Of a DNA stretch of 64,000 bases, positions 1 through 9,012 are shown in pieces. Both the position numbers and the translations under genes were made by a program. Position 1 is the stretch's first letter, and each line of letters begins with the position of its first letter. The stretch comes from Candidatus Multivoradales bacterium (GTDB lineage: Bacteria; Acidobacteriota; Thermoanaerobaculia; Multivoradales; JAHEKO01). The stretch is from contig CBDFIJ010000004.1 of assembly GCA_965248055.1 (NCBI GenBank), positions 864,001-928,000 of the forward strand, written 5' to 3'. The notes below the pieces were generated by a model. The model was not told the DNA's origin and ran no database searches. It saw only the letters and a list, made by a program, of their open reading frames with translations.

Positions 1-146
1 TTCCGGTTGACGGCCTGCACCAGCAGCCTGGTCTCAACGCCATAGAGCACCGCTAAGTCGGCATCCAGCATCACCTTCACCCGGCGAAAGAGGATGATCG
101 CGCGAGTGATTTGCTCCGTCGAAACTAGGCTGACGCTCTCAGCCAT
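1..146 (-). CDS. ORF6N domain DNA-binding protein (5' part; runs off window)
   Basis: Manual translation from the ATG at 146: MAESVSLVSTEQITRAIILFRRVKVMLDADLAVLYGVETRLLVQAVNR, which matches the ORF6N signature VMLDxDLAxLYGVETxxLxQAVxRN. Confidence 0.85.
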   Translation of the reverse strand, partial: MAESVSLVSTEQITRAIILFRRVKVMLDADLAVLYGVETRLLVQAVNR

Positions 147-172
147 CAAACCCAACCCCCATGGGTTGTTGG

Positions 173-1024
173 CTACAACTCGACATCCAACACAACTTCC
201 TCCGTCTCCCCACCTGCCTCGATTTCAAACCGGTTGATGCCTTTGGTGAAGTGTTCGCCGATTTCTTTCAAATTAACGACAGCTCTGGAGGTTAGGCAGT
301 CGCCTTCTTCAGTGACCGCACCTAGGGCAACATCGATCGTGGGGATCTTCTTTTCGTTGATGGTGACCACGGACGCGCTTTCGAGAGCGTCGCCGTCGCA
401 CAGGGTCATCTGGATTGGCAGATCTGGGGACTTACCTTCTTCGTCCATCTCGTCGTAGAGGGGTTCGAGGTCGAGGCTTGTCCCAAAGCCGCCAAGTCGG
501 ACTTTGACCGGTGATTGGGAATCGTCGCCAATTGCGAACTCGGTATCTGCCTGGATAACGCCGTCAAATACGGTTCCCGTTTCGAGCACGGCTTGTTTGC
601 CCTTGATGAAGATCAGCGGCCAGGCGACCAATGCGAATAGGGTGACCGACAGGGCTTTGCGCCCCTTGCCTGACTTGTCGTAGCCACCGTCCAGAAGGAT
701 CTCCGCGCCGTCGATAGTCCGGGTGGATACGGCTTCGAGCTCCAACTTCCCTTTGCGACCGGCGATCTTGGAGGGCTGGGCCACGGAGACCTTGAGCAGC
801 ATAGGCTCGCCCGCCTTGATCACGGTCTTGCCATCGACCACGACATTCCTCCAGACCCGGGCGCGGACGATGTCGCCAACCGTAGTTTCTTTCTTCTTCG
901 AAGAGACGGTTTCATCCAGCTCTCCGTAGATTGAGGTCCCGGACGGAATAGTCATCGTTTGTCCTACCAACATCTGTGCGGGCAAAAGCAGAAGGGCCAG
1001 AACCAATGCGATTGTTTGCTTCAT
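173..1024 (-). CDS. Secreted/periplasmic hypothetical protein (TrbI-like beta-rich N-terminal domain)
   Basis: GGAGG RBS precedes MKQTIALVLALLLL (signal peptide); IPSGT..LDETVSS..VGD pattern; internal hydrophobic segment. Confidence 0.6.
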   Translation of the reverse strand: MKQTIALVLALLLLPAQMLVGQTMTIPSGTSIYGELDETVSSKKKETTVGDIVRARVWRNVVVDGKTVIKAGEPMLLKVSVAQPSKIAGRKGKLELEAVSTRTIDGAEILLDGGYDKSGKGRKALSVTLFALVAWPLIFIKGKQAVLETGTVFDGVIQADTEFAIGDDSQSPVKVRLGGFGTSLDLEPLYDEMDEEGKSPDLPIQMTLCDGDALESASVVTINEKKIPTIDVALGAVTEEGDCLTSRAVVNLKEIGEHFTKGINRFEIEAGGETEEVVLDVEL

Positions 1025-1206
1025 ACGTTTTCCTCCCTCTGAAATGTAAACTTCACAAACGACAACACGCGATGCTTGGCCGTGGCCCAGCTGTGCGAGC
1101 AAATCGGATCGGACGATTGTATACCGATAGACAGGTGGGTTTCGGCCTCGCCGTTTCTGGTTCACCGTTCGCTTGCGGGACGCAAGTGCATCGGGTTATC
1201 CTACCG

Positions 1207-1237
1207 GAGTCATACCATGGTCATACTCTAGTCACAT
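1207..1237. promoter_or_regulatory. Putative TA operator (GTCATAC direct repeats)
   Basis: GTCATAC at 1209 and 1220, and GTCACAT at 1231, with 11-bp periodicity immediately upstream of the RHH antitoxin. Confidence 0.5.
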
Positions 1238-1251
1238 CCGAGCAAACCACC

Positions 1252-1581
1252 ATGCCCAAGACCGCAAAAATCTCAATCAGCCTACCCGACGATGTTCTGA
1301 GCCGCGCAGATCGCAACCGAAGTGAGCGTGGGGAGAGTCGAAGCGAGTTTTTCCGCCGGGCCCTGGAGGCACTGTTTCGCGAAGAGGAGCGACGGGCGGC
1401 GGTGGATCGCTATGTCGCTGGCTATGTTGCTGAGTCCGAGAGTGAGTACGAAATCGACACCGCCAACGCAGCCGCGGCTGAAGCTTGGGGGGCGCAGGAG
1501 TGGGATGAGGGTAATGACGGCCAGGATGCTCCGGAGTCGACGGAGACCGAGCCAAGTAACGCTCGGGAGACTCAGGGTTGA
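1252..1581 (+). CDS. Ribbon-helix-helix (CopG/MazE-like) antitoxin
   Basis: MPKTAKISISLPDDVL..SRSEFFRRAL RHH pattern; acidic C-terminus; overlaps the toxin start by 4 bp. Confidence 0.85.
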   Translation: MPKTAKISISLPDDVLSRADRNRSERGESRSEFFRRALEALFREEERRAAVDRYVAGYVAESESEYEIDTANAAAAEAWGAQEWDEGNDGQDAPESTETEPSNARETQG

Positions 1582-1892
1582 GACGGGGCGAGATTTGGTG
1601 GGCAGAGCTTCCTGCACCCGCTGGCCGCCGCCCGGTGCTGTTGCTGTCGCGGGATGAGGCCTACGCGGTGCGCAGCCTGGTGACGGTCGCGCCGATCACG
1701 ACTCGCATTCGAAATATTCCTGTCGAGGTAGAGCTCGGGCCGGGCGACGGCCTGCCGAAGCGGTGCGTTGCCAATCTGGATTCGATCGTGACGATTCCCC
1801 AAGCGCGGCTCAGGCACCGAATCGGCCCCATCTCCAGGGAGAAGAGTCAGGCCGTTGAAAGTTCGATTCGGTTCGCGTTGGGGATGGATTAA
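1578..1892 (+). CDS. mazF: MazF/PemK family toxin endoribonuclease
   Basis: MRRGEIWWA..RRPVLLLS..VTVAPIT..IG motifs of PemK/MazF. Confidence 0.92.
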   Translation: MRRGEIWWAELPAPAGRRPVLLLSRDEAYAVRSLVTVAPITTRIRNIPVEVELGPGDGLPKRCVANLDSIVTIPQARLRHRIGPISREKSQAVESSIRFALGMD

Positions 1893-1911
1893 AAGGCGGT
1901 GGTCCTAGGAA

Positions 1912-2508
1912 TCAACTTCCCTGCTCGGCGGACAGAGCTGCCTCAAGGTCTTTTGTACTCGCCACCCATCCCCTATTCGAAGGTCGCCACATCCAGAACG
2001 GCTGTCCCACTCGCATGACGACAGAGCCAGCCATAAAGTCGTGGATGGCGCGGCGTTTGTCGTTCGTCAGCATGGTGCCGATCTCCAACCAACTCCAAAC
2101 AATCAGTCCTGTGAAAACCGCGGAAGGATCCAAGGCAGTAAAAGAGAGCGCGATCCATAACAATGGCACTAGCCCGTCACGGACAAAGGCGCGAGATAGA
2201 CCGAGGGTGCTGTGGTCAGTGTTCTTGACCACCCTGACACCCATCAACCACTTGCCAATAGTGCCAGAGAAGAGGCCGTGACCGATCACAGGATAAGCAA
2301 GAATCAGAAGGAATAGACCATCCGAGATCCAACCCAAGGTTGGCGACTCCTCGATAAATACTTTCCGGAGTACGAATCCGACTGGCATCAAAGCTATTTC
2401 AATCACCAGAATGTCTAGCCAGTGTGCGAGGAATCGGGGCAACGCTGTTGCGTAGACGGTGTCGCGGATGCGGTCGTCTTCGGTTGGGTGGTAGATCTTG
2501 GTGCTCAT
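1912..2508 (-). CDS. RDD family membrane protein
   Basis: RFLAHWLD, GTIGKWLMGVRVV and RRAIHDFMAGSVV RDD motifs. Confidence 0.9.
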   Translation of the reverse strand: MSTKIYHPTEDDRIRDTVYATALPRFLAHWLDILVIEIALMPVGFVLRKVFIEESPTLGWISDGLFLLILAYPVIGHGLFSGTIGKWLMGVRVVKNTDHSTLGLSRAFVRDGLVPLLWIALSFTALDPSAVFTGLIVWSWLEIGTMLTNDKRRAIHDFMAGSVVMRVGQPFWMWRPSNRGWVASTKDLEAALSAEQGS

Positions 2509-2573
2509 ATTTGGCCTCTGGGTTCCATCCGTTGGTTCAAGGTGAGAAAAAGGATGTCAGACCTAACAAGCGT

Positions 2574-2616
2574 TGAGATCCTTCGACTTCGGGCTGTGCC
2601 CTCCGCTCAGGATGAC
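2574..2616. repeat. REP-like hairpin repeat (GAGATCC...GGATGAC family)
   Basis: GAGATCCTTCGACTTCGGGCTGTGCCCTCCGCTCAGGATGAC; the same termini recur at about 4579, 4710 and 5779. Confidence 0.6.
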
Positions 2617-2715
2617 AAAGAAGCGTTGTGGGGGATGTCGTTTCAAGCGTCACTGAGAAGGCTGTTTCCGGGAAGCGAGAACCAAACTGGGCAGCTCCCG
2701 GCTCCCCGCCCTCGC

Positions 2716-2817
2716 CCCGCCGGGATGACGAGTGATGGAAGTCGACCCGCCAGGATGACGAGTGGTGGAAGTCGACCCGCCAGGATGACGAGTGGTGAGG
2801 GTCGACCCGCGGGATGA
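2716..2817. repeat. 30-bp tandem repeat, ~3.3 copies, containing GGATGAC
   Basis: Unit CCGCCAGGATGACGAGTGGTGGAAGTCGAC with period 30 (GGATGAC at 2723, 2753, 2783). Confidence 0.85.
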
Positions 2818-2890
2818 TCCCAGGCCACGCATTCGGGAGCAGGCAACGGGAAGGTCCCCACCCTCTGAGGTCACGACCCGCAGGGCAGGC

Positions 2891-3223
2891 TCAGCGTCCC
2901 TCAATCGCCCGCGCAAACTGAAAATCCAATTCCGTGAGCTTCCCCCCAACACTGTGGGTGGAAAGCGTCAACGTGACCTTGCGGTAACGAATGTCGATAT
3001 CCGGGTGGTGGTCGATGGATTCGGCGATTTCACCAGCGAATTGAACAAAGGCGAGGGCGGCGCGAAAGGAGGGGAAAGTGAAGGTCCGTTGGATGGCACT
3101 GCGACGATCTTTGCCGGTCCAGCCCGCAATGGTGGCGAGTTCAGCGGTGATTTCCGTCGGTTTTAGCGCTGGATTGGACGTGGTGACGCGATCAGTTTTG
3201 GCGGTTGGTCTTTTCTTGGCCAT
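2891..3223 (-). CDS. Pterin-4-alpha-carbinolamine dehydratase (PhhB-like)
   Basis: FTFPSFRAALAFV..AESIDHHPDIDIRY..LSTHSVGGKLTELD signature. Confidence 0.92.
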   Translation of the reverse strand: MAKKRPTAKTDRVTTSNPALKPTEITAELATIAGWTGKDRRSAIQRTFTFPSFRAALAFVQFAGEIAESIDHHPDIDIRYRKVTLTLSTHSVGGKLTELDFQFARAIEGR

Positions 3224-3494
3224 GAGAATCCCCCTGAATCACTGCGACTGAAGCAATGCGGCGCTCTTCTCTTTGCCGCAACCTCTTAAATAACTATGTG
3301 ATGCTAGCAGATACTGTGCTCTGTTCTGAATCTAGTGTCGCGCAAGCAGTTCCTGCGACCTGGAGCAGGCTGCATATGTCGCTGACTCGGCGGTCTTGAT
3401 TTCTAGAACAGTCGAGCAACCCTTCTGGTTCTGAGGTGACGAGCAGAGCATCTATCCCCTCTCTTCACCTCTGGAGCGGGACAACCAGCGCTGG

Positions 3495-4508
3495 CTACGG
3501 GGCTCTTTGGCGCAGGTTCAGCAGGACCTGCTGTGCTTGTTTATCTTCAGGGTGCTTCTCGATCCAACGTTCGAGAATTGCAAGACCATCTTCTGTCTGC
3601 CCCACATCAAAGAGCGCTTCAGCCAGGCTCTCGTTGGGCACGTACTTGTCAGCAAACAATTCGGCATTGCGGTGAAACAGTGCCAGTGCATCTTGTTGGC
3701 GGTCTTTGCGAAAGAACGCCCAGCCGATGTTGTCGAGTACGGTCCAATGGATGGTGCCTTCGGGCTCGCTGGAGCGAGCGTTTTCAAGCATTTCGAGCGT
3801 CGTTTCGACGCCATGGTCTGACAACTCCTGCTCTAGTTTGAGCATCAAGGTTTTGCGCCGAATGTCGAGGTCTTCCGGGTGAAACTCTTGGTTCGCCTGC
3901 GACAGGGCCACTGCATCCTGGTATTTACCCCGCGAAGCCAGTTCCAGGGCATATCGAAATAGCGTCGATGGCCGAAAGTCGTAGGCGTCGGAGCCGTAGT
4001 AACGCTCGCGAGTATCGCGATGCACTGTGATCGCCGCATCGATTCCATCTGCACGATAGGCCTCGTCCATCAGGTCGGTAAGAGAACGCGGGTCGGTACG
4101 ACCTTTGTGGCAGGTGTAGCAGGTGACTTCTAGCTCTGGAGCAACACGCCCTTCAAGCGTAGCCAGACGCTGATTGATCTCGGCGGTCATGGCGATCATC
4201 TCTCGAGCTTTGCGCTTCTCCACTTTCTCGTCGGAGGCGAAATCCCAGGCATCACGGGGCCCGTCCATCGAACCGACATGGCAAAAGAGACAGCCTTTGC
4301 CTCCACGGCGAGGCAGACCCAGACCGCGCAGGTTGTTGATCATGACCTGGCCCAAATCGTCATTGCTGATGTCGGTGGGGAGCACTTGAAGGTTGGTGTA
4401 CACGCGGTCCTGAGCAGTGGCGAAATCGGTGTTGAGGGCCCATAGTGGGACCAGCAGGAGCAGCAGTCGCGGAACAGAGGCCGAAGATTTGGCAATCGAG
4501 GTAGTCAT
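3495..4508 (-). CDS. Exported diheme c-type cytochrome (reaction-centre cytochrome c subunit-like domain) with C-terminal TPR
   Basis: Signal peptide; NLQVLP, CLFCH, KAREMIAM and VTCYTCH motifs; helical TPR-like C-terminus. Start chosen at MTTSIAK. Confidence 0.8.
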   Translation of the reverse strand: MTTSIAKSSASVPRLLLLLVPLWALNTDFATAQDRVYTNLQVLPTDISNDDLGQVMINNLRGLGLPRRGGKGCLFCHVGSMDGPRDAWDFASDEKVEKRKAREMIAMTAEINQRLATLEGRVAPELEVTCYTCHKGRTDPRSLTDLMDEAYRADGIDAAITVHRDTRERYYGSDAYDFRPSTLFRYALELASRGKYQDAVALSQANQEFHPEDLDIRRKTLMLKLEQELSDHGVETTLEMLENARSSEPEGTIHWTVLDNIGWAFFRKDRQQDALALFHRNAELFADKYVPNESLAEALFDVGQTEDGLAILERWIEKHPEDKQAQQVLLNLRQRAP

Positions 4509-4561
4509 GACCGTTGTACGGGTTGTTGGGGAATCGGGTTCTGGCGCGGTGAGGATCTGGT

Positions 4562-4630
4562 CTTGGTGATTCTGGGTGGAGATCCCGACCCCAGCCCCAG
4601 TGTCATTGAAGAGTTCCGCGCCGGGATGAC
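4562..4630. repeat. ~70-bp dispersed repeat copy 1
   Basis: CTTGGTGATTCTGGGTGGAGATCCCGACCCC..CCCAGTGTCATTGAAGAGT..GGGATGAC, closely similar to 5761-5829. Confidence 0.8.
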
Positions 4631-5005
4631 TATCCAACCGCGGGCTGGGGGTCTTGGGGGCGAAAATCTGTTGGACGAACGGGGGCCGGTCCTTGGTGGC
4701 TATGCATTGGAGATCCCAGGCCGCCGCCCTCTCCACCGCTGGGATGACGCCATCAGGAATAACTTGTTTGAAAAATGGTCCTCCCTCTCCTCCCACCCTC
4801 CGCGGAAGGGCGAAGGGTGGGAGGCCTCGTCGTGTGATGACGAGGGAGGATAAGGGTGGTTTTGGTGGCGAGGAGACCCTGGCTCCTCGAGCTGGATCAG
4901 GGTTCTCCGCCGCAAAGGCAGGAGGCCCGATACCGGCTCTCTTACTTTACACCCGCTGGCTTGGTTTGCCAGTGATTTTTGGTCTGCTCCTATGCTGGCG
5001 CTTTG

Positions 5006-5052
5006 ACTGGCTGTCTGATTGGCTCTCTGATTGGCTCTCTGATTGGCTCTCT
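5006..5052. repeat. 12-bp tandem repeat (GATTGGCTCTCT) x~4
   Basis: Read directly from the sequence. Confidence 0.85.
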
Positions 5053-5069
5053 AGTTGGCAGTTAGCTTT

Positions 5070-5546
5070 CTAGCCTTCCGCTTTCTCAACGGCAGGGGGC
5101 ACCAGGGTGAAGCCGAGTTGCTGGTTGAGCTCAAGGTCGTCCCAGCAGACGATTTCTTCAACCGGCTTGCGATCTTGGTAGCGCATTATCGTTAGGCTGG
5201 AGACCTTGGCGCTCTTGCCGGTTGTAGGAAGATCGCCCAAGGGCCTGTCGTTGGTGCCGTTGAAGGTCCAGTGGTGAAACGAGACCCCGTCTGCGAAGTA
5301 GCTCTCATCGTTGGTGACCACGGCATCGGAGTAGGCAGCGCGTAGTCCGGTCATGACGGGTTTGAGTTCATCCATCCCGGTGGCGTCCCCCGCTTGGCCA
5401 CGAGCTGCGCGGCTGAAATTGGGCGAAAACAAGACGTCAAAGTAAGCGTCGACGGCTGGGCTGTACATGGCTGCGTAGTCGGGTGCGAGTTGTGCCGCCG
5501 GCTGGCAGCCCAGAGCTAGCAGGGCCAGGACTGCGGTGAGCACCAT
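5070..5546 (-). CDS. SnoaL-like ester cyclase (NTF2 fold) lipoprotein, possibly degenerate
   Basis: Lipobox LALGC; HHWTFNGTN..PTTGKSAKVS..WDDLELNQQLG; appears to lack the usual WNxGxxxxLDE helix. Confidence 0.7.
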   Translation of the reverse strand: MVLTAVLALLALGCQPAAQLAPDYAAMYSPAVDAYFDVLFSPNFSRAARGQAGDATGMDELKPVMTGLRAAYSDAVVTNDESYFADGVSFHHWTFNGTNDRPLGDLPTTGKSAKVSSLTIMRYQDRKPVEEIVCWDDLELNQQLGFTLVPPAVEKAEG

Positions 5547-5559
5547 GGCTCCGCTGAGA

Positions 5560-5603
5560 CCAGGGTTCGGGTGAGCCAGGGTTCGGGTGAGCCAGGGTTC
5601 GGG
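5560..5603. repeat. 16-bp tandem repeat (CCAGGGTTCGGGTGAG) x~2.8
   Basis: Read directly from the sequence. Confidence 0.85.
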
Positions 5604-5760
5604 TTGGTTTCATGCGTTAACCTCCTTGGGTATGTCAGGGCTATCCCAGCGCTGTTCGCTGCCCGCGCCCGGGTATTCGCGAAGGTCGGGGGACGAGCAC
5701 GAAAGCTGGATGTGACGATAGTCACACAGGTAGGAATTGGCGAATTGGAGTGGGGCGATC

Positions 5761-5829
5761 CTTGGTGATTCTGCGTTGGAGATCCAGACCCCCGCCCAGT
5801 GGCATTGAAGAGTGCCCCGCCAGGATGAC
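5761..5829. repeat. ~70-bp dispersed repeat copy 2
   Basis: CTTGGTGATTCTGCGTTGGAGATCCAGACCCC..CCCAGTGGCATTGAAGAGT..CAGGATGAC. Confidence 0.8.
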
Positions 5830-5998
5830 GAGGTGGGGGTAGGCAAAGGGGGGCACCCACCGGGATGACCCGTTGCGGCATCCGCCGAGGTGGCTCGGTG
5901 GAGATCGGAGGTGGAAGTGTCGGGGATCGGTTCCGACGACGGATGTTGTAGCAGGGACAGAGGTTGCGGCTGGAGTAGCCTTCGAAACTGGGTCAAGG

Positions 5999-6014
5999 AC
6001 ACAACATATTGGGC
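5999..6014. promoter_or_regulatory. NrdR box
   Basis: ACACAACATATTGGGC resembles the NrdR consensus acaCwAtATaTwGtgt; lies ~115 bp upstream of nrdJ. Confidence 0.75.
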
Positions 6015-6129
6015 TCTCAGCTTGACGCGACGCCACCCGTAGTAGAGGATCGGAAGTCCCTGAAACTTGCTCTGAAGCGACCGCTTGAGCCGGGGTAACC
6101 GTCTTGTTTGAGATCCATCGCGGAGTGTC

Positions 6130-8979
6130 ATGACCACTGAAAGCCGAGCTATTCCCACCGAGGCCAACGAGGCCAAACTGTCGATTCCTAAGGCTGTTAC
6201 ACCGCTTCCTGAACCAACTCGACGTGGAAGCTCGGCTCAGAGCCAGGGCAAGCCCGAGGCCAAGCCCAACGCAAAGCAAGGACTGCGTTTTGAGCACCTC
6301 TTCTCCACTCCAGATACCGATCCGTTCGACCTGGTTAGCTGGGAGAAGCGCGATGCGGTGATCAGCGGTGAGGCTGGCCAAGTGGTGTTTGAGCAAAGGG
6401 GCGTTGAGATTCCGACATTTTGGTCGCAGACGGCAACCAACGTGGTGACCAACAAGTATTTTCGCGGCCAGATGGACACACCCGAGCGTGAATCGAGCGT
6501 GCGCCAACTGATTGGCCGGGTGGTCGACACCATTCATGGCTGGGGCAAGAAGGACGGCTATTTCGCTAGCAATGAAGATGGCAACACCTTCGCCGCCGAA
6601 CTCAAGCACCTGTTGTTGCACCAGATGGCTTGTTTTAACTCTCCGGTGTGGTTCAACGTCGGCACCGAGCCCCATCCACAGTGCTCAGCCTGTTTTATCA
6701 ATTCTGTGAATGACGATCTGGAATCGATCTTTGGCCTGGCCAAGACCGAGGGCATGCTTTTCAAGTACGGCTCGGGGGCGGGATCGAACTTGTCCTCGCT
6801 GCGTTCTTCCAAAGAACCTCTGTCGGGAGGCGGTACTTCCTCAGGGCCGGTGTCTTTCATGCGCGGCTACGACGCTTTTGCCGGGGTGGTCAAGAGCGGT
6901 GGCAAAACCCGACGCGCAGCCAAGATGGTGATCCTGAACGCCGATCATCCGGATGTTGAAGAGTTCATCACTTGTAAAGAGATCGAAGAAAAGAAAGCCC
7001 AGGCTTTGATTGACGCCGGCTATGACGGCGGCTTTAACGTGCCGGGAGGTGCCTACGATTCGGTCGCCTACCAAAACGCCAACCACTCGGTACGCGCTCA
7101 GGACAGCTTCATGGAGGCAGTTGAGAACGATCAACCGTGGACCACTCACGCGGTCACCGACGGAGGCACTATCGAAGAACTGTCAGCCAAAGAGTTGATG
7201 GACAAGATCGCCCAGGGGACCTGGGTCTGTGGTGACCCGGGCTTGCAGTTTGATACCACCATCAACGACTGGCATACCTGCCCTGAATCGGCTCCGATCA
7301 ACGCCAGTAACCCGTGTTCCGAGTACATGTTCGTTGATGATTCAGCCTGCAATTTGGCATCGATGAATCTGTTGCGTTTCTGGGACGACAAAAACGGATT
7401 CGATGCCACTGGATTTCGCCACGCCTGCGAGGTAGTGATCACCGCGCAGGAAATTCTGGTTGACAACGCCAGTTACCCGACCCCGGCGATCGCAGAAAAC
7501 TCAAGGGCCTTCCGACCGCTGGGAATCGGCTACGCCAACCTCGGCGCGCTGTTGATGGCTAACGGCCTGCCCTACGACTCGGATATCGGTCGCAACTACT
7601 CGGCGACCCTGACCGCGCTGCAGTCAGGGGCTTGCTACACTCAGTCGGCGCGAATCGCAGAAACCCGCGGTGCCTTTGAAGCGTTCGAGATCAACCGTGA
7701 ACCGATGCTGCGTGTGATTGGCAAACACGCTGCGGCGGTCGAAGACATCGACGCCCAAGACCTGCCGTCTGACTTGGTGCAAGCCGCCCGTTCTAGCTGG
7801 AGTGACGCGCTGCAACTCGGCGCTGCGTCGGGTTTCCGTAACAGTCAAATTTCCGCCATTGCCCCCACCGGCACCATCGCCTTCATGATGGACTGCGATA
7901 CCACCGGTATCGAACCGGATATCGCCTTGGTCAAATACAAGAAGCTGGTAGGTGGCGGACTGATCAAGATCGTCAACCAAACGGTGCCGCAAGCTCTCTC
8001 TCGCCTGGGTTACGACGAACCGCAGCGCGAGCAGATCCTGCAGTGGGTCGAAGAACACGACACCATCGAGGGCGCACCACACTTGGCTGACGAGCACCTG
8101 GCGGTGTTTGATTGCGCTTTCAAGGCCACCAACGGCAGCCGCAGCATTCACTACTCGGGTCACCTCAAAATGATGGCTGCCGCGCAACCGTTCATTTCGG
8201 GTGCCATCAGCAAGACCATCAACATGCCCGAAGAGGCAACGGTGGAAGAGATCCGCGAGGCCTACATGGAGAGCTGGCGGCTGGGGCTCAAGTCAGTGGC
8301 GATCTATCGTGACGGCTCCAAGCGCACGCAACCGCTGTCGACCTCGCTCGACCAAGAATCGGAAGAGACCGCGGTTGCCAACGGCCCCGCCCGGCGCAAA
8401 CTGCCCGACGAGCGACAGGCGATCACCCATAAATTTGCAGTGGCTGGCCACGAGGGGTACATCACGGTAGGGCTCTACGACGACGGTAAACCGGGAGAAT
8501 TGTTCCTGGTGATGGCCAAGGAAGGGTCAACCATTTCCGGCCTGATGGACGGACTGGCGACCTCAGTGTCGATTGCTCTGCAGTACGGAGTGCCGCTGGA
8601 GACCCTGATTCGCAAGTTCTCGCACACTCGTTTTGAGCCCTCAGGATTCACCGGTAACCGCGAGATTCCGATGGCTAAGTCGATTACCGACTATGTCTTT
8701 CGCTGGTTGGGGTCGAAGTTTCTGCCACGCGAGGAACAACAAGCTTTGGGCATTATCTTGCGCGATGAAGCGGGCAACCCCGAGTTGGTGGCACCAACTA
8801 TTTTGCTGGCGTCGGCCAGCGACCAACAACCGAACTCGACAGCGGCGAAGGCTTCCGGCTATTCCGTTTTCGTCAACCAGCAAGACGCACCAAGTTGTGC
8901 AGACTGCGGATCGATCATGGTGCGCAACGGTGCTTGCTACCAATGTTCCAATTGCGGAGCTTCCAGCGGCTGCGGTTGA
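6130..8979 (+). CDS. nrdJ: Adenosylcobalamin-dependent (class II) ribonucleotide reductase with TSCPD domain and C-terminal Zn ribbon
   Basis: FNSPVWFN, QCSACFI, GGKTRRAAKM, ASNPCSEY, APTGTI and YRDGSK motifs; C-terminal CxxC..CxxC..SGC. Confidence 0.97.
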   Translation: MTTESRAIPTEANEAKLSIPKAVTPLPEPTRRGSSAQSQGKPEAKPNAKQGLRFEHLFSTPDTDPFDLVSWEKRDAVISGEAGQVVFEQRGVEIPTFWSQTATNVVTNKYFRGQMDTPERESSVRQLIGRVVDTIHGWGKKDGYFASNEDGNTFAAELKHLLLHQMACFNSPVWFNVGTEPHPQCSACFINSVNDDLESIFGLAKTEGMLFKYGSGAGSNLSSLRSSKEPLSGGGTSSGPVSFMRGYDAFAGVVKSGGKTRRAAKMVILNADHPDVEEFITCKEIEEKKAQALIDAGYDGGFNVPGGAYDSVAYQNANHSVRAQDSFMEAVENDQPWTTHAVTDGGTIEELSAKELMDKIAQGTWVCGDPGLQFDTTINDWHTCPESAPINASNPCSEYMFVDDSACNLASMNLLRFWDDKNGFDATGFRHACEVVITAQEILVDNASYPTPAIAENSRAFRPLGIGYANLGALLMANGLPYDSDIGRNYSATLTALQSGACYTQSARIAETRGAFEAFEINREPMLRVIGKHAAAVEDIDAQDLPSDLVQAARSSWSDALQLGAASGFRNSQISAIAPTGTIAFMMDCDTTGIEPDIALVKYKKLVGGGLIKIVNQTVPQALSRLGYDEPQREQILQWVEEHDTIEGAPHLADEHLAVFDCAFKATNGSRSIHYSGHLKMMAAAQPFISGAISKTINMPEEATVEEIREAYMESWRLGLKSVAIYRDGSKRTQPLSTSLDQESEETAVANGPARRKLPDERQAITHKFAVAGHEGYITVGLYDDGKPGELFLVMAKEGSTISGLMDGLATSVSIALQYGVPLETLIRKFSHTRFEPSGFTGNREIPMAKSITDYVFRWLGSKFLPREEQQALGIILRDEAGNPELVAPTILLASASDQQPNSTAAKASGYSVFVNQQDAPSCADCGSIMVRNGACYQCSNCGASSGCG

Positions 8980-9012
8980 ATCGGTCACAGAACAAGACAC
9001 CCGAGAAACTGC

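Noticed and set aside
2716-2817. Possible mini-CRISPR array
   Set aside because: Units are contiguous 30-bp tandem copies with no unique spacers, and there are no cas genes.
4509-4796. Extended N-terminus of the cytochrome ORF
   Set aside because: It reads through the intergenic hairpin repeats; the signal peptide begins after 4508.
1912-5546. Integron cassette array (co-oriented small genes separated by hairpins)
   Set aside because: No RYYYAAC/GTTRRRY attC boxes after the stop codons, no integrase, and long intergenic gaps.
5880-6129. Cobalamin riboswitch upstream of B12-dependent nrdJ
   Set aside because: No B12-box (GCCACTG/GGGAAG) recognised; only an NrdR box is evident.
5610-6675. 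Long minus-strand ORFs (188 and 317 aa), plus similar ones at 16538-17365, 39476-40612, 54039-54905 and 55184-56035
   Set aside because: Antisense shadows of well-supported genes in GC-rich DNA, with no recognisable motifs.
6130-8979. Intein in nrdJ
   Set aside because: Length and motif spacing are normal, with no splicing or LAGLIDADG motifs.
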